This document shows positions 15,525-22,681 of a stretch of DNA of 24,000 nt, piece after piece. Source of the stretch: Arthrobacter sp. StoSoilA2 (GTDB taxonomy: Bacteria > Actinomycetota > Actinomycetes > Actinomycetales > Micrococcaceae); contig NZ_AP024643.1 in NCBI RefSeq assembly GCF_019977195.1, forward strand, positions 4,296,887 through 4,320,886, in the 5' to 3' direction. Under the pieces are notes generated by a model. The model was given only the letters and a program-made list of their open reading frames with translations. It did no database searches and was not told where the DNA came from. Made by a program: the position numbers and the translations under genes. How positions within the stretch are numbered: position 1 is the stretch's first letter; each line of letters starts with the position of its first letter.

Positions 15525-16853
15525 TCAGAAGTCCAGAAGATTCTGGCGGAAGCCACCGTCGCCGTAACTCTTCCTCAACAGGCCACGGCGGCGCAGTTCG
15601 GGAGTGAGCTTGTCCAACACGCCGTGCACGGTGACGGGGTCCACGAAGCCGGAGAAGAGGAAGCCGTCGCCACCCACAGCCTCGCCGGTCTCCTCGAGAT
15701 AATCCGCGATTTCACCAACCGTGCCGATGATTGAATCACCGGCGCCACCGCTGCGTGCCTGAAGGATCTGGCGCAGGGTAGACCCCGGAGGCGCCGCCTT
15801 GGCGAAGTGCTCCAACGTGCCTTGGTTGCTGTTGGTGCTCAATTCGGGCAACGGCGCATCAAGGTCGAATTGCTTGAAGTCGATCACGGACAGGTAGGAG
15901 ATCGAATTGAGCTGGCTGTCGATATCACGCTGGGTAAGCTCCCGGCGCTGCGCACGCAACTCCCCGGCCTCGGCCGATGAACCAACCACGGTGGGCTTCA
16001 GCACGAAAAGTACCTTGACGTCGTCGGGGTTCCTGCCCGCCTTTGCAGCCTCGGCACGGATGGAATCCCGGTAGGCCTTCATGCCGTCAACGCCACGGGC
16101 CAAGGCGATCGCCACGTCTGCATGCCCACCCGCGAACGCTTTGCCGCGGGGAGAAGCGCCGGCCTGCACCAGTACGGGCTCCTCCGGCAGAGGTGCGGTG
16201 TTGAGGGGACCGCGGACCTTGAAGAAGTCGCCTTGGTGGTTAATGGGGTGCACTTTGGTGTGGTCGGCGAACACGCCGGCCTCAACGTCCTCAAGGACGG
16301 CGTCCGGTTCCCAGCTCCGCCAAAGCCTGCGGACGACGTCGACGAATTCCTCCGCCTTCTCATATCGAAGGTCGTGTTCAATCTGCTGGTCCAAACCGTA
16401 ATTCTGTGCTGCGAGGTCGCTGCCGGAAGTTACGACGTTCCATCCCAACTGCCCCTCGGAGAAGTGCTGCAGCGTGGCCAGGAGGCGGGCCGCAGTGAAA
16501 GGCGGATAGAACGATGCGCTGACCGTCGGGACGATTCCAAGGTGCTCGGTGGCGGACAGAAGGTACGGCACCAGGGCCAAAGGATCATGTTTGGGCGCAA
16601 AGGAGGCGTGTGCCAGCGAGACCTCGGCAGTGCCGCCATAGGTATCGGGAACAGTAAGGGAGTCCTCGATGATGAAGAGGTCAAGGCCGGATTGCTCAAA
16701 CGCGCGGACGGCGTCTTGATACAGGGCAGGCTTCTTCCAGTCGTAGCCCAGGCTGTAGCCGGGAGTTCCCCATCCCTGGACACCAAAACCGTGCCCCACG
16801 AACCATCCAAAATGCAGCATGGGCTTGAGTGTAGAGCTGCCTTGTCCGTTCAC
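15525..16853 (-). CDS. LLM-class flavin-dependent monooxygenase, NtaA/SnaA/DszA subfamily
   Basis: 442-aa ORF. The N-terminus (MLHFGWFVGHGFGVQGWG) and its length are typical of the nitrilotriacetate monooxygenase component A family. The start may be the GTG at 16853 or the ATG at 16820. The stop lies 2 nt from the lyase-like gene's ATG. Confidence 0.88.
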   Translation of the reverse strand: MNGQGSSTLKPMLHFGWFVGHGFGVQGWGTPGYSLGYDWKKPALYQDAVRAFEQSGLDLFIIEDSLTVPDTYGGTAEVSLAHASFAPKHDPLALVPYLLSATEHLGIVPTVSASFYPPFTAARLLATLQHFSEGQLGWNVVTSGSDLAAQNYGLDQQIEHDLRYEKAEEFVDVVRRLWRSWEPDAVLEDVEAGVFADHTKVHPINHQGDFFKVRGPLNTAPLPEEPVLVQAGASPRGKAFAGGHADVAIALARGVDGMKAYRDSIRAEAAKAGRNPDDVKVLFVLKPTVVGSSAEAGELRAQRRELTQRDIDSQLNSISYLSVIDFKQFDLDAPLPELSTNSNQGTLEHFAKAAPPGSTLRQILQARSGGAGDSIIGTVGEIADYLEETGEAVGGDGFLFSGFVDPVTVHGVLDKLTPELRRRGLLRKSYGDGGFRQNLLDF

Positions 16854-16945
16854 CGCGACCTGATTTCTTGCGAAGTTACAGGGGGTCGTACTGCGTCAAT
16901 TATGCTCCCGGGGCGTCACATTTGGGCTGCTACTCCAGCACCGGC

Positions 16946-16975
16946 CGGTTACGCAACATGACGACCGCGTAACCG
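16946..16975. promoter_or_regulatory. Palindrome in the divergent control region (candidate operator)
   Basis: CGGTTACGC (16946-16954) and GCGTAACCG (16967-16975) form a perfect 9-bp inverted repeat with a 12-nt spacer. A third GTTACG lies at 17005-17010. It sits between the LLM operon start and the riboswitch. Confidence 0.3.
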
Positions 16976-17018
16976 CTTGCAAGTGCGGGCCGCCGCCGCG
17001 GGATGTTACGTTTTTCTT

Positions 17019-17136
17019 GAGTAATGAGCACCAGCGCCAAGCCCTGACTTGCTGGTCGGCAACCCTCTCTCCGGCGGGGTGCCTCAGGTGACTACTCGGC
17101 GTATCGACACTTCGAACTGCAAGCGTGACTGAGGAG
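17019..17136 (+). promoter_or_regulatory. SAM-IV-class S-adenosylmethionine riboswitch (translational), including the downstream Shine-Dalgarno
   Basis: Near-collinear identity with the structurally studied mycobacterial SAM-IV RNA as I remember it. Ours reads AAUGAGCACCAGCGCCAAGCCCUGACUUGCUGGUCGGCAACCCUCUCUCCGGCGGGGUGCCUCAGGUGACUACUC. The reference reads CAUGAGUGCCAGCGUCAAGCCCCGGCUUGCUGGCCGGCAACCCUCCAACCGCGGUGGGGUGCCCCGGGUGAUGACC. P1 is GAGUA (17019-17023) with UACUC (17093-17097). P2 is ACCAGC (17030-17035) with GCUGGU (17051-17056), which covaries with the reference GCCAGC/GCUGGC. The 3' tail GCAAGCG (17119-17125) is shared, and GAGGAG (17131-17136) lies 9 nt before the ATG at 17146. Confidence 0.75.
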
Positions 17137-17145
17137 CACCAGCCA

Positions 17146-17412
17146 ATGCCTGAACCCACTGAAGAAAAACTCTCCTACCGCCTGATTACAGGTCCGGATA
17201 CCCGTGAATTCTGCGAGCGGATCACCACGGCACTCGCCGACGGCTACGTGCTCCACGGCAGCCCGGCAGCCACGTTCAATGGCACGGATGTCATCGTGGC
17301 GCAGGCGGTCGTCCTGCCCGCTGCCATCGCCAACGCAGACGCCGCCGTCGCGAATGCTGTTGACCAGTTGGAGAACGACGACGACGAAGAAGCATTCGAG
17401 GGACACGCATGA
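17146..17412 (+). CDS. Small conserved hypothetical protein (possibly DUF1737-like), acidic C-terminal tail
   Basis: I prefer the ATG at 17146, preceded by GAGGAG, over the track's GTG at 17125, which lies inside the riboswitch. The sequence SYRLITGPDTREFCERITTALADGYVLHGSP resembles DUF1737 as I recall it. The stop overlaps the rhodanese start (ATGA). Confidence 0.65.
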   Translation: MPEPTEEKLSYRLITGPDTREFCERITTALADGYVLHGSPAATFNGTDVIVAQAVVLPAAIANADAAVANAVDQLENDDDEEAFEGHA

Positions 17413-17819
17413 GCTACGCAGGTGACCTGACCCCGCAGGACGCGTGGGCCAAGCTTGAAGAAGGCGCAATCCTGGTAGACGTCCGCACCGAGGCCGAGTG
17501 GGCCCACATCGGCATCCCGGACACCAAAGCCACAGAGAATGATCCCCTGTTTATTCAGTGGAACCTCGCCGGTGGCATTCCCAACTCCCGCTTCATCGAG
17601 GACCTGCAGCAGCAGGCACCCGAGGGTGAGGGAGTGGAGCTCGTTTTCATCTGCCGCTCAGGCCAGCGCTCCATCTCGGCCGCCATCGCCGCGACGCAGG
17701 CCGGGTTCACCGCCTACAACGTGCTTGAGGGCTTCGAAGGTGACCCCGACCGTTACGGCGAACGGACCATCAACGGCTGGAAGAACCGCGGCCTGCCAAC
17801 CAACCTGGGGAACGACTAA
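17409..17819 (+). CDS. Single-domain rhodanese-like sulfurtransferase
   Basis: 136-aa ORF with an active-site loop CRSGQRS preceded by a hydrophobic strand (ELVFI) and the LVDVRTEAEW entry motif. Confidence 0.9.
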   Translation: MSYAGDLTPQDAWAKLEEGAILVDVRTEAEWAHIGIPDTKATENDPLFIQWNLAGGIPNSRFIEDLQQQAPEGEGVELVFICRSGQRSISAAIAATQAGFTAYNVLEGFEGDPDRYGERTINGWKNRGLPTNLGND

Positions 17820-19028
17820 GTGACTTTCAATCCCGATGCCGCCAGCTGGAGCCCTGACACCCAGGCAGTACGCGGCGGCCTTGACCGTACCAACTTCCAG
17901 GAGACGTCCGAACCCGTTTTCCTGAACTCCGGCTTCGTCTACGAATCCGCTGCCGCCGCCGAACGCGCCTTCACCGGCGAGGACGAACGCTTCGTTTACT
18001 CCCGCTACGGCAACCCGTCCGTGGCCACGTTCCAGGAACGCTTGCGGTTGCTCGAAGGAACCGAGGCATGCTTCGCGACGGCGTCCGGCATGTCCGCGGT
18101 GTTCACCGCCTTGGGTGCCCTCCTGGCTGCCGGTGATCGCGTGGTTGCCGCCCGTTCCCTGTTCGGCTCGTGCTTCGTGATCCTCAACGAGATCCTGCCG
18201 CGCTGGGGCGTAGAGACCGTGTTTGTCGACGGTCCCGACCTCGACCAGTGGCGGGCTGCCCTCTCCGAACCGACCACCGCCGTATTCTTCGAGTCGCCCT
18301 CGAACCCCATGCAGGAAATCGTGGACATCGCCGCCGTCAGCGAGCTGGCGCATGCTGCGGGAGCGACCGTCGTCGTCGACAACGTCTTTGCCACACCCCT
18401 GCTGCAGCGTTGCGGTGACCTGGGCGCGGACGTCATTGTGTACTCCGGAACCAAGCACATCGATGGCCAGGGGCGTGTCCTCGGCGGCGCAATCCTGGGC
18501 ACCAAGGAATTCATCGACGGCCCGGTCAAGCAGTTGATGCGGCACACCGGACCTTCACTCTCCGCCTTCAATGCCTGGGTGTTGACCAAGGGCCTGGAGA
18601 CGATCGGCCTGCGGGTGAACCACAGCTCGGCGTCTGCTTTGAAAATCGCGGAATGGCTCGAGCAGCAGCCTGCCATTAACTGGGTCAAGTACCCCTTGCT
18701 GAAATCGCACCCTCAGTACGAGCTGGCAGCCAAGCAAATGAAGGCCGGCGGTACCGTGCTGACCTTCGAGTTGCTGCCCTCCTCCGGGCGTTCGGCCAAG
18801 GATGCCGCGTTTGCGTTGCTGGACGGTCTGCGCGTCATCGACATCTCCAACAACCTGGGCGACTCCAAGTCCCTCATCACGCACCCGGCCACCACCACCC
18901 ACCGGGCCATGGGGCCCGAAGGGCGTGCGGCCATTGGGCTGAGCGACGGCGTGGTCCGTTTGTCCGTTGGCCTGGAAGACGTGGACGATCTCATTTTGGA
19001 TCTGGAGAAGGCCCTCAAACAGGTCTAA
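17820..19028 (+). CDS. metZ: O-succinylhomoserine (or O-acetylhomoserine) sulfhydrylase, Cys/Met-metabolism PLP family
   Basis: 402-aa ORF. The GTG start immediately follows the rhodanese TAA, with GGGGAA upstream. Motifs present are DTQAVRGG, YSRYGNPS, ATASGMSAV, and the PLP-lysine block YSGTKHIDGQG. A rhodanese-metZ pairing is also known in Mycobacterium tuberculosis (Rv0390-Rv0391). Confidence 0.9.
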   Translation: MTFNPDAASWSPDTQAVRGGLDRTNFQETSEPVFLNSGFVYESAAAAERAFTGEDERFVYSRYGNPSVATFQERLRLLEGTEACFATASGMSAVFTALGALLAAGDRVVAARSLFGSCFVILNEILPRWGVETVFVDGPDLDQWRAALSEPTTAVFFESPSNPMQEIVDIAAVSELAHAAGATVVVDNVFATPLLQRCGDLGADVIVYSGTKHIDGQGRVLGGAILGTKEFIDGPVKQLMRHTGPSLSAFNAWVLTKGLETIGLRVNHSSASALKIAEWLEQQPAINWVKYPLLKSHPQYELAAKQMKAGGTVLTFELLPSSGRSAKDAAFALLDGLRVIDISNNLGDSKSLITHPATTTHRAMGPEGRAAIGLSDGVVRLSVGLEDVDDLILDLEKALKQV

Positions 19029-19038
19029 CCTTGCTGCC

Positions 19039-19635
19039 ATGAGCGGGAACCACCCCCATCGCCGTGCCGGAGCAGTCATCGTTGCCGGTACGGCGGTGTG
19101 GTTTGCAGGGATCTCGCCTGTATCGCGTGTCTACGTCACCCCCGATGCCGCTGAACGGCTTCGTATGCTTGAGGCCGGCCAGCGTGGGTGGGTGATCGGT
19201 CAGCACCTCGCTGCTGCTGGAACAGTCGCGGTGCCGGTGGGATACGCAGCCTTTGCCCGTCGTCTTCCGCGCGGACAGGCGAAGCGTTGGGCTGTTGCAG
19301 CCGCGGCTGCTTTACTGGCAGGTGCTCCGCTCTTTGTCTCCAGTTTGTCCCGCCGGGCCGCGGATCTGGAACGCTTTGCCTACGGCCGTGGATCGAATGC
19401 GCCCTTCCTTGCCTACTCCGGGCTCCACGTTCTTGCCCTGGCTGCGCTCGGTGGAAGCCTTCTTTCCTTGCCCACCAGACGGTGGATCGGAGTCACGGCC
19501 GCAGCCAGCGCGCCCATCTACGGCGCCATCCTTATGGCGAAGAAGGACATCCCGCCGTTCGTGTTCTACCTCGTCGAGGGCTTGGCGGGGGCCTACTTGA
19601 TGACATGGGACGGGACTGACTCCGCAGTAGCCTAA
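19039..19635 (+). CDS. Hypothetical membrane protein
   Basis: I prefer the ATG at 19039, 8 nt after the metZ stop, over the track's start at 18967, which overlaps metZ. It has several hydrophobic segments and no recognisable family. Its stop codon overlaps the stop of the convergent gene (19632-19635). Confidence 0.55.
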   Translation: MSGNHPHRRAGAVIVAGTAVWFAGISPVSRVYVTPDAAERLRMLEAGQRGWVIGQHLAAAGTVAVPVGYAAFARRLPRGQAKRWAVAAAAALLAGAPLFVSSLSRRAADLERFAYGRGSNAPFLAYSGLHVLALAALGGSLLSLPTRRWIGVTAAASAPIYGAILMAKKDIPPFVFYLVEGLAGAYLMTWDGTDSAVA

Positions 19636-20864
19636 GGCCTGCGGACCCTCGTCAGGATGGGCGCGGTCAGGTTGTGGGCCGGGTCCTTACGCGCATCTGC
19701 GGCAGCACCACGAATCGTCGCCTTCACCGCATGCCCAACCACCGCCCCCAAGGCCTCCCTGCTCGGCGGACTCCCTGGCGGATTCCGGGCGTCACGTTGC
19801 CGGTTGTTGAAACGCTCTGCTGCTTCGCGTTGCTCCCGGGCCCCGTTCCCGCGCTCAAGAACGTCCGCGATTCCGGCCTTCACCAGTTCCAGTTCACCTT
19901 GGTCATCCAGGACAGGGCTCAGGTAATCCACCAAAGCCCAGACCACGTCCGCTGCCGGCTGGGGACGGAAGTCGCCAAAGTCCAGGAGGTCTCCCCGAAG
20001 TCCGGAGTTGCTCGCTTGCCAACTCGCCATCCGGAGCAGGGCAGTCGGAACCGAGGCGGGCTCAACGCCGTCGAGCATTTCCAGGGAAGCAGTCTCAACC
20101 AATGCCCTCACAAGCACCGCAATCAAGGCTGCGTCCTCCGAGCGGAGGCAGACGTCAGCCACCCTGACTTCCACAGTGGGATGGTTGCGGGAGATGCGGG
20201 CGTCGAAGTAGATCATGCCCTCATCAAGGAGAACCCCGGTGTCCAGGAGGCGTTGGACCATGCGCCGGTAGGCAGTCAACGAGCCAAAAACGGCAGAAGG
20301 CCCGGACGTTGGCCACCGGTTCCAGGCCTGGATCCGATAGCTCTCGAAACCCGTGGGCAACCCACGCCAGTAGGGGGAATTGGCGCTGATGGCCGTCAAG
20401 ACAGCAAGTTTGTCGCGGATGTGGTCGAGGACCACCACGCCCTCTTCAGGTGACTCCACTGCGGTGTGCACATGGAAACCGCAGGTCAGTTGCTCGTGGG
20501 CCGTCAACCCGAAGCGCTCAAGCATCACGGCGAAGCGGGGATCCGGGGTGGTATGGGTGTTTTTGGCCAGGGGCGAGGTGGCAATCGCGGCCACCCGGGC
20601 GTTGTGCTTCCTGGCAGCGTCATCGGCCATGGCACGTCCACGCCGGATCTGCTGGAGGAGCTCGGTGAAGGTATGGCACGGCCGGGTCTGGGTTTCGATC
20701 TGCTCCAGCTTCAGTTCGTGGCTGAGCCCCATCCCGGTTTCAAGCGCCGCTTCCGGCCCTGCGAGCAGAGCATCCGCGAGGGCCAGGGGCTCGCCCGTCA
20801 CAGGATCGACGATGAGTAGCTCTTCCTCCACCCCGAAAGTCCGCATGGCACCAGTGTGCATCAT
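19632..20864 (-). CDS. Carboxylate-amine ligase, YbdK / glutamate-cysteine ligase family 2
   Basis: The N-terminus ([14 protein letters not shown]) and the GFHVH, YWRG and [15 protein letters not shown] blocks are typical of GCS2/YbdK. The start may be the ATG at 20864, 20861 or 20846. The C-terminal ~45 aa is a low-complexity extension. Confidence 0.85.
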   Translation of the reverse strand: MMHTGAMRTFGVEEELLIVDPVTGEPLALADALLAGPEAALETGMGLSHELKLEQIETQTRPCHTFTELLQQIRRGRAMADDAARKHNARVAAIATSPLAKNTHTTPDPRFAVMLERFGLTAHEQLTCGFHVHTAVESPEEGVVVLDHIRDKLAVLTAISANSPYWRGLPTGFESYRIQAWNRWPTSGPSAVFGSLTAYRRMVQRLLDTGVLLDEGMIYFDARISRNHPTVEVRVADVCLRSEDAALIAVLVRALVETASLEMLDGVEPASVPTALLRMASWQASNSGLRGDLLDFGDFRPQPAADVVWALVDYLSPVLDDQGELELVKAGIADVLERGNGAREQREAAERFNNRQRDARNPPGSPPSREALGAVVGHAVKATIRGAAADARKDPAHNLTAPILTRVRRP

Positions 20865-20881
20865 GCGGCATCCGGGTTACA

Positions 20882-20946
20882 GCAACGCGGGGTCACTTAC
20901 GGCCCATGTCAGGGCCTTACATGGGCTCTAAGTGACCCCGCGTTGC
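20882..20946 (-). terminator. Long compound stem-loop between the MurA-like and YbdK-like genes (terminator, attenuator or processing site)
   Basis: GCAACGCGGGGTCACTTA (20882-20899) pairs perfectly with TAAGTGACCCCGCGTTGC (20929-20946). An inner stem pairs GCCCATGT (20902-20909) with ACATGGGC (20919-20926) around a 9-nt loop. It starts 8 nt after the upstream stop. There is no U-tract. Confidence 0.45.
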
Positions 20947-20954
20947 AGGAGTTC

Positions 20955-22478
20955 CTAGTCCTGGAAGTACTCCACCTTGGCGCCAATGGTGTTCAGTCGC
21001 TCGGCCAGGTCCTCGTAGCCGCGTTCAATCACGTAAATGTTGCGAAGCTCGGACGTTCCACGGGCAGCCAACATGGCCAGGAGCAGGCACGCTGCCGGAC
21101 GCAGGGCCGGCGGGCAGCCAATTTCCGCGGCGCGCCACTTGGTGGGTCCGTTGACGTAGATCCGGTGCGGGTCCAGGAGCTGCACTTGGGCGCCCAGCTT
21201 GTTGAGCTCCGTCAGGTAGATGGCGCGGTTCTCGTAGACCCAGTCGTGGATCATCGTCTGGCCCTCGGCATTGCCTGCAATCACTGCGAAGAAGGGCAGG
21301 TTGTCGATGTTGAGCCCCGGGAACGGCATGGGGTGGATCTTGTCCTGTGGCGCGTGGAGTTCAGAAGGCTTGGTGGTGACATCCACCAAACGCGTCCGGC
21401 CGTTGCGGGCCGTGTATTCACCCGAGATTTCCAGCTTCTGGCCCATTTGTTCCAGGGTGGCGAGCTCGATTTCCATGAATTCGATGGGAACCCGGCGGAT
21501 GGTGACCTCGGAGTTCGTGACGATGCCCGCGGTGATGAGGCTCATGGCTTCGATGGGATCCTCGGACGGGAAGTATTCGATCTCCACGTCTATGGCTGAC
21601 CGGCCCGTGATCTTCAAAGTCGTGGTGCCGACGCCCTCGATGGTCACGCCCAAGCCCTGCAGGTAGAAGCAAAGATCCTGGACCATGTAATTAGGGCTCG
21701 CGTTGCGGATCACGGTGGTGCCCTCGCGGTGCGCGGCAGCCATGATCGCGTTCTCGGTGACGGTGTCGCCACGTTCGGAGAGGACGAAGGAACGGTCGTG
21801 CCCATCGGCAGGGGGTGCCACCACGGAGTAGAAGCCGGACTTTGCCCCCACCGTCAGCCCGAACTGGCGCAATGCCTGCATGTGCGGTTCAACGGTGCGC
21901 GTGCCGAGGTCGCATCCACCGGCATAGGGAAGCAGGTACTCGGCGGTCTCGTCCAGGAGGGGGCCGAGCAGCATAATGACGCTGCGTGTGCGCCGGGCTG
22001 CTTCCACATCCATCGACTCAAGGTCAAGCACTTCGGGCCTGCGGATACGGAGGTCGCTGCCGTTGAGCCAGGTGCATTCGACGCCGATGGACGTCAGCAC
22101 CTCAACGATCCGGTTGACTTCCTCAATGCGGGCCAAGCGACGCAGCGTGGTGGTGCCGCGGTTGATCAGGCTTGCACAAAGCAGAGCCACGCCGGCATTC
22201 TTGCTGCTGTTGACATCCACTTCGCCGGACAGCGTGTGGCCGCCCTCCACCCGGAGGTGAGTCATCTGCGGCTTGCCTACTTTGACGATGGAACGGCCGA
22301 AGATGGCCTCCAGCCGCTCGATCATTCTGAGGCTGAGATTCTGTTTGCCCTGCTCCATCCGGGCGATAGCGCTCTGGCTGGTTCCCAGCTCGGAAGCCAA
22401 CTGCCCCTGCGTCCAGCCCTTTTCGCTTCGCGCGTCGCGGAGCAGGAGGCCTACATTCTCGGCGGTAGGTTGCGTCAT
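20955..22478 (-). CDS. XRE-family HTH domain fused to a MurA-like enolpyruvyl transferase (EPSP-synthase fold)
   Basis: Residues ~1-65 form a Cro/C1-type HTH (LLRDARSEKGWTQGQLASELGTSQSAIARMEQGKQNLS). The remainder aligns by eye with E. coli MurA. It keeps Lys22 (NSSKNAG), the Cys115 loop (AGGCDLGTRTVEPH versus PGGCTIGARPVDLH), Asp305 (NID), Arg397 (ALRPAA) and ERGYE. I prefer the ATG at 22478; the track uses the TTG at 22484. Confidence 0.85.
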   Translation of the reverse strand: MTQPTAENVGLLLRDARSEKGWTQGQLASELGTSQSAIARMEQGKQNLSLRMIERLEAIFGRSIVKVGKPQMTHLRVEGGHTLSGEVDVNSSKNAGVALLCASLINRGTTTLRRLARIEEVNRIVEVLTSIGVECTWLNGSDLRIRRPEVLDLESMDVEAARRTRSVIMLLGPLLDETAEYLLPYAGGCDLGTRTVEPHMQALRQFGLTVGAKSGFYSVVAPPADGHDRSFVLSERGDTVTENAIMAAAHREGTTVIRNASPNYMVQDLCFYLQGLGVTIEGVGTTTLKITGRSAIDVEIEYFPSEDPIEAMSLITAGIVTNSEVTIRRVPIEFMEIELATLEQMGQKLEISGEYTARNGRTRLVDVTTKPSELHAPQDKIHPMPFPGLNIDNLPFFAVIAGNAEGQTMIHDWVYENRAIYLTELNKLGAQVQLLDPHRIYVNGPTKWRAAEIGCPPALRPAACLLLAMLAARGTSELRNIYVIERGYEDLAERLNTIGAKVEYFQD

Positions 22479-22681
22479 ACTCAAGAAATATCACAAGTGA
22501 GCTAGAACTGCTGAACAAATTGCCGATTCAGCGGCAAACATCACACGGTACCCGCATAGTGCGATAACTCCGCCTCAAAATCAGCTTCTTCATGGAAAGC
22601 CCCACGATTTGAGAACCGGGCCGAAGCAACCTATCTTGAACTTAAGTAAGCCTAACCTAAGCTTGAAAGCGGTCTGAGAGA

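Noticed and set aside
16122-16961. 279-aa plus-strand ORF over the LLM monooxygenase gene
   Set aside because: Shadow ORF. It has no motifs and would run into the divergent control region.
17658-18545. 295-aa minus-strand ORF (and 18005..18688) antisense to rhodanese and metZ
   Set aside because: Shadow ORFs. The sense strand carries the PLP-lysine and rhodanese active-site motifs.
19632-20864. Calling the GCS2-family gene egtA (ergothioneine biosynthesis), to link it with the MIO-less lyase
   Set aside because: The N-terminus ([14 protein letters not shown]) and the size look like the generic YbdK-type carboxylate-amine ligase. No egtB-E genes are present in the window, so the link would be speculation.
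19674-22505. Plus-strand ORFs 19674..20453, 20380..20931, 20856..21599 and 21729..22505
   Set aside because: All are antisense to the well-supported YbdK-like and HTH::MurA-like genes, and their composition is typical of high-GC shadow frames.
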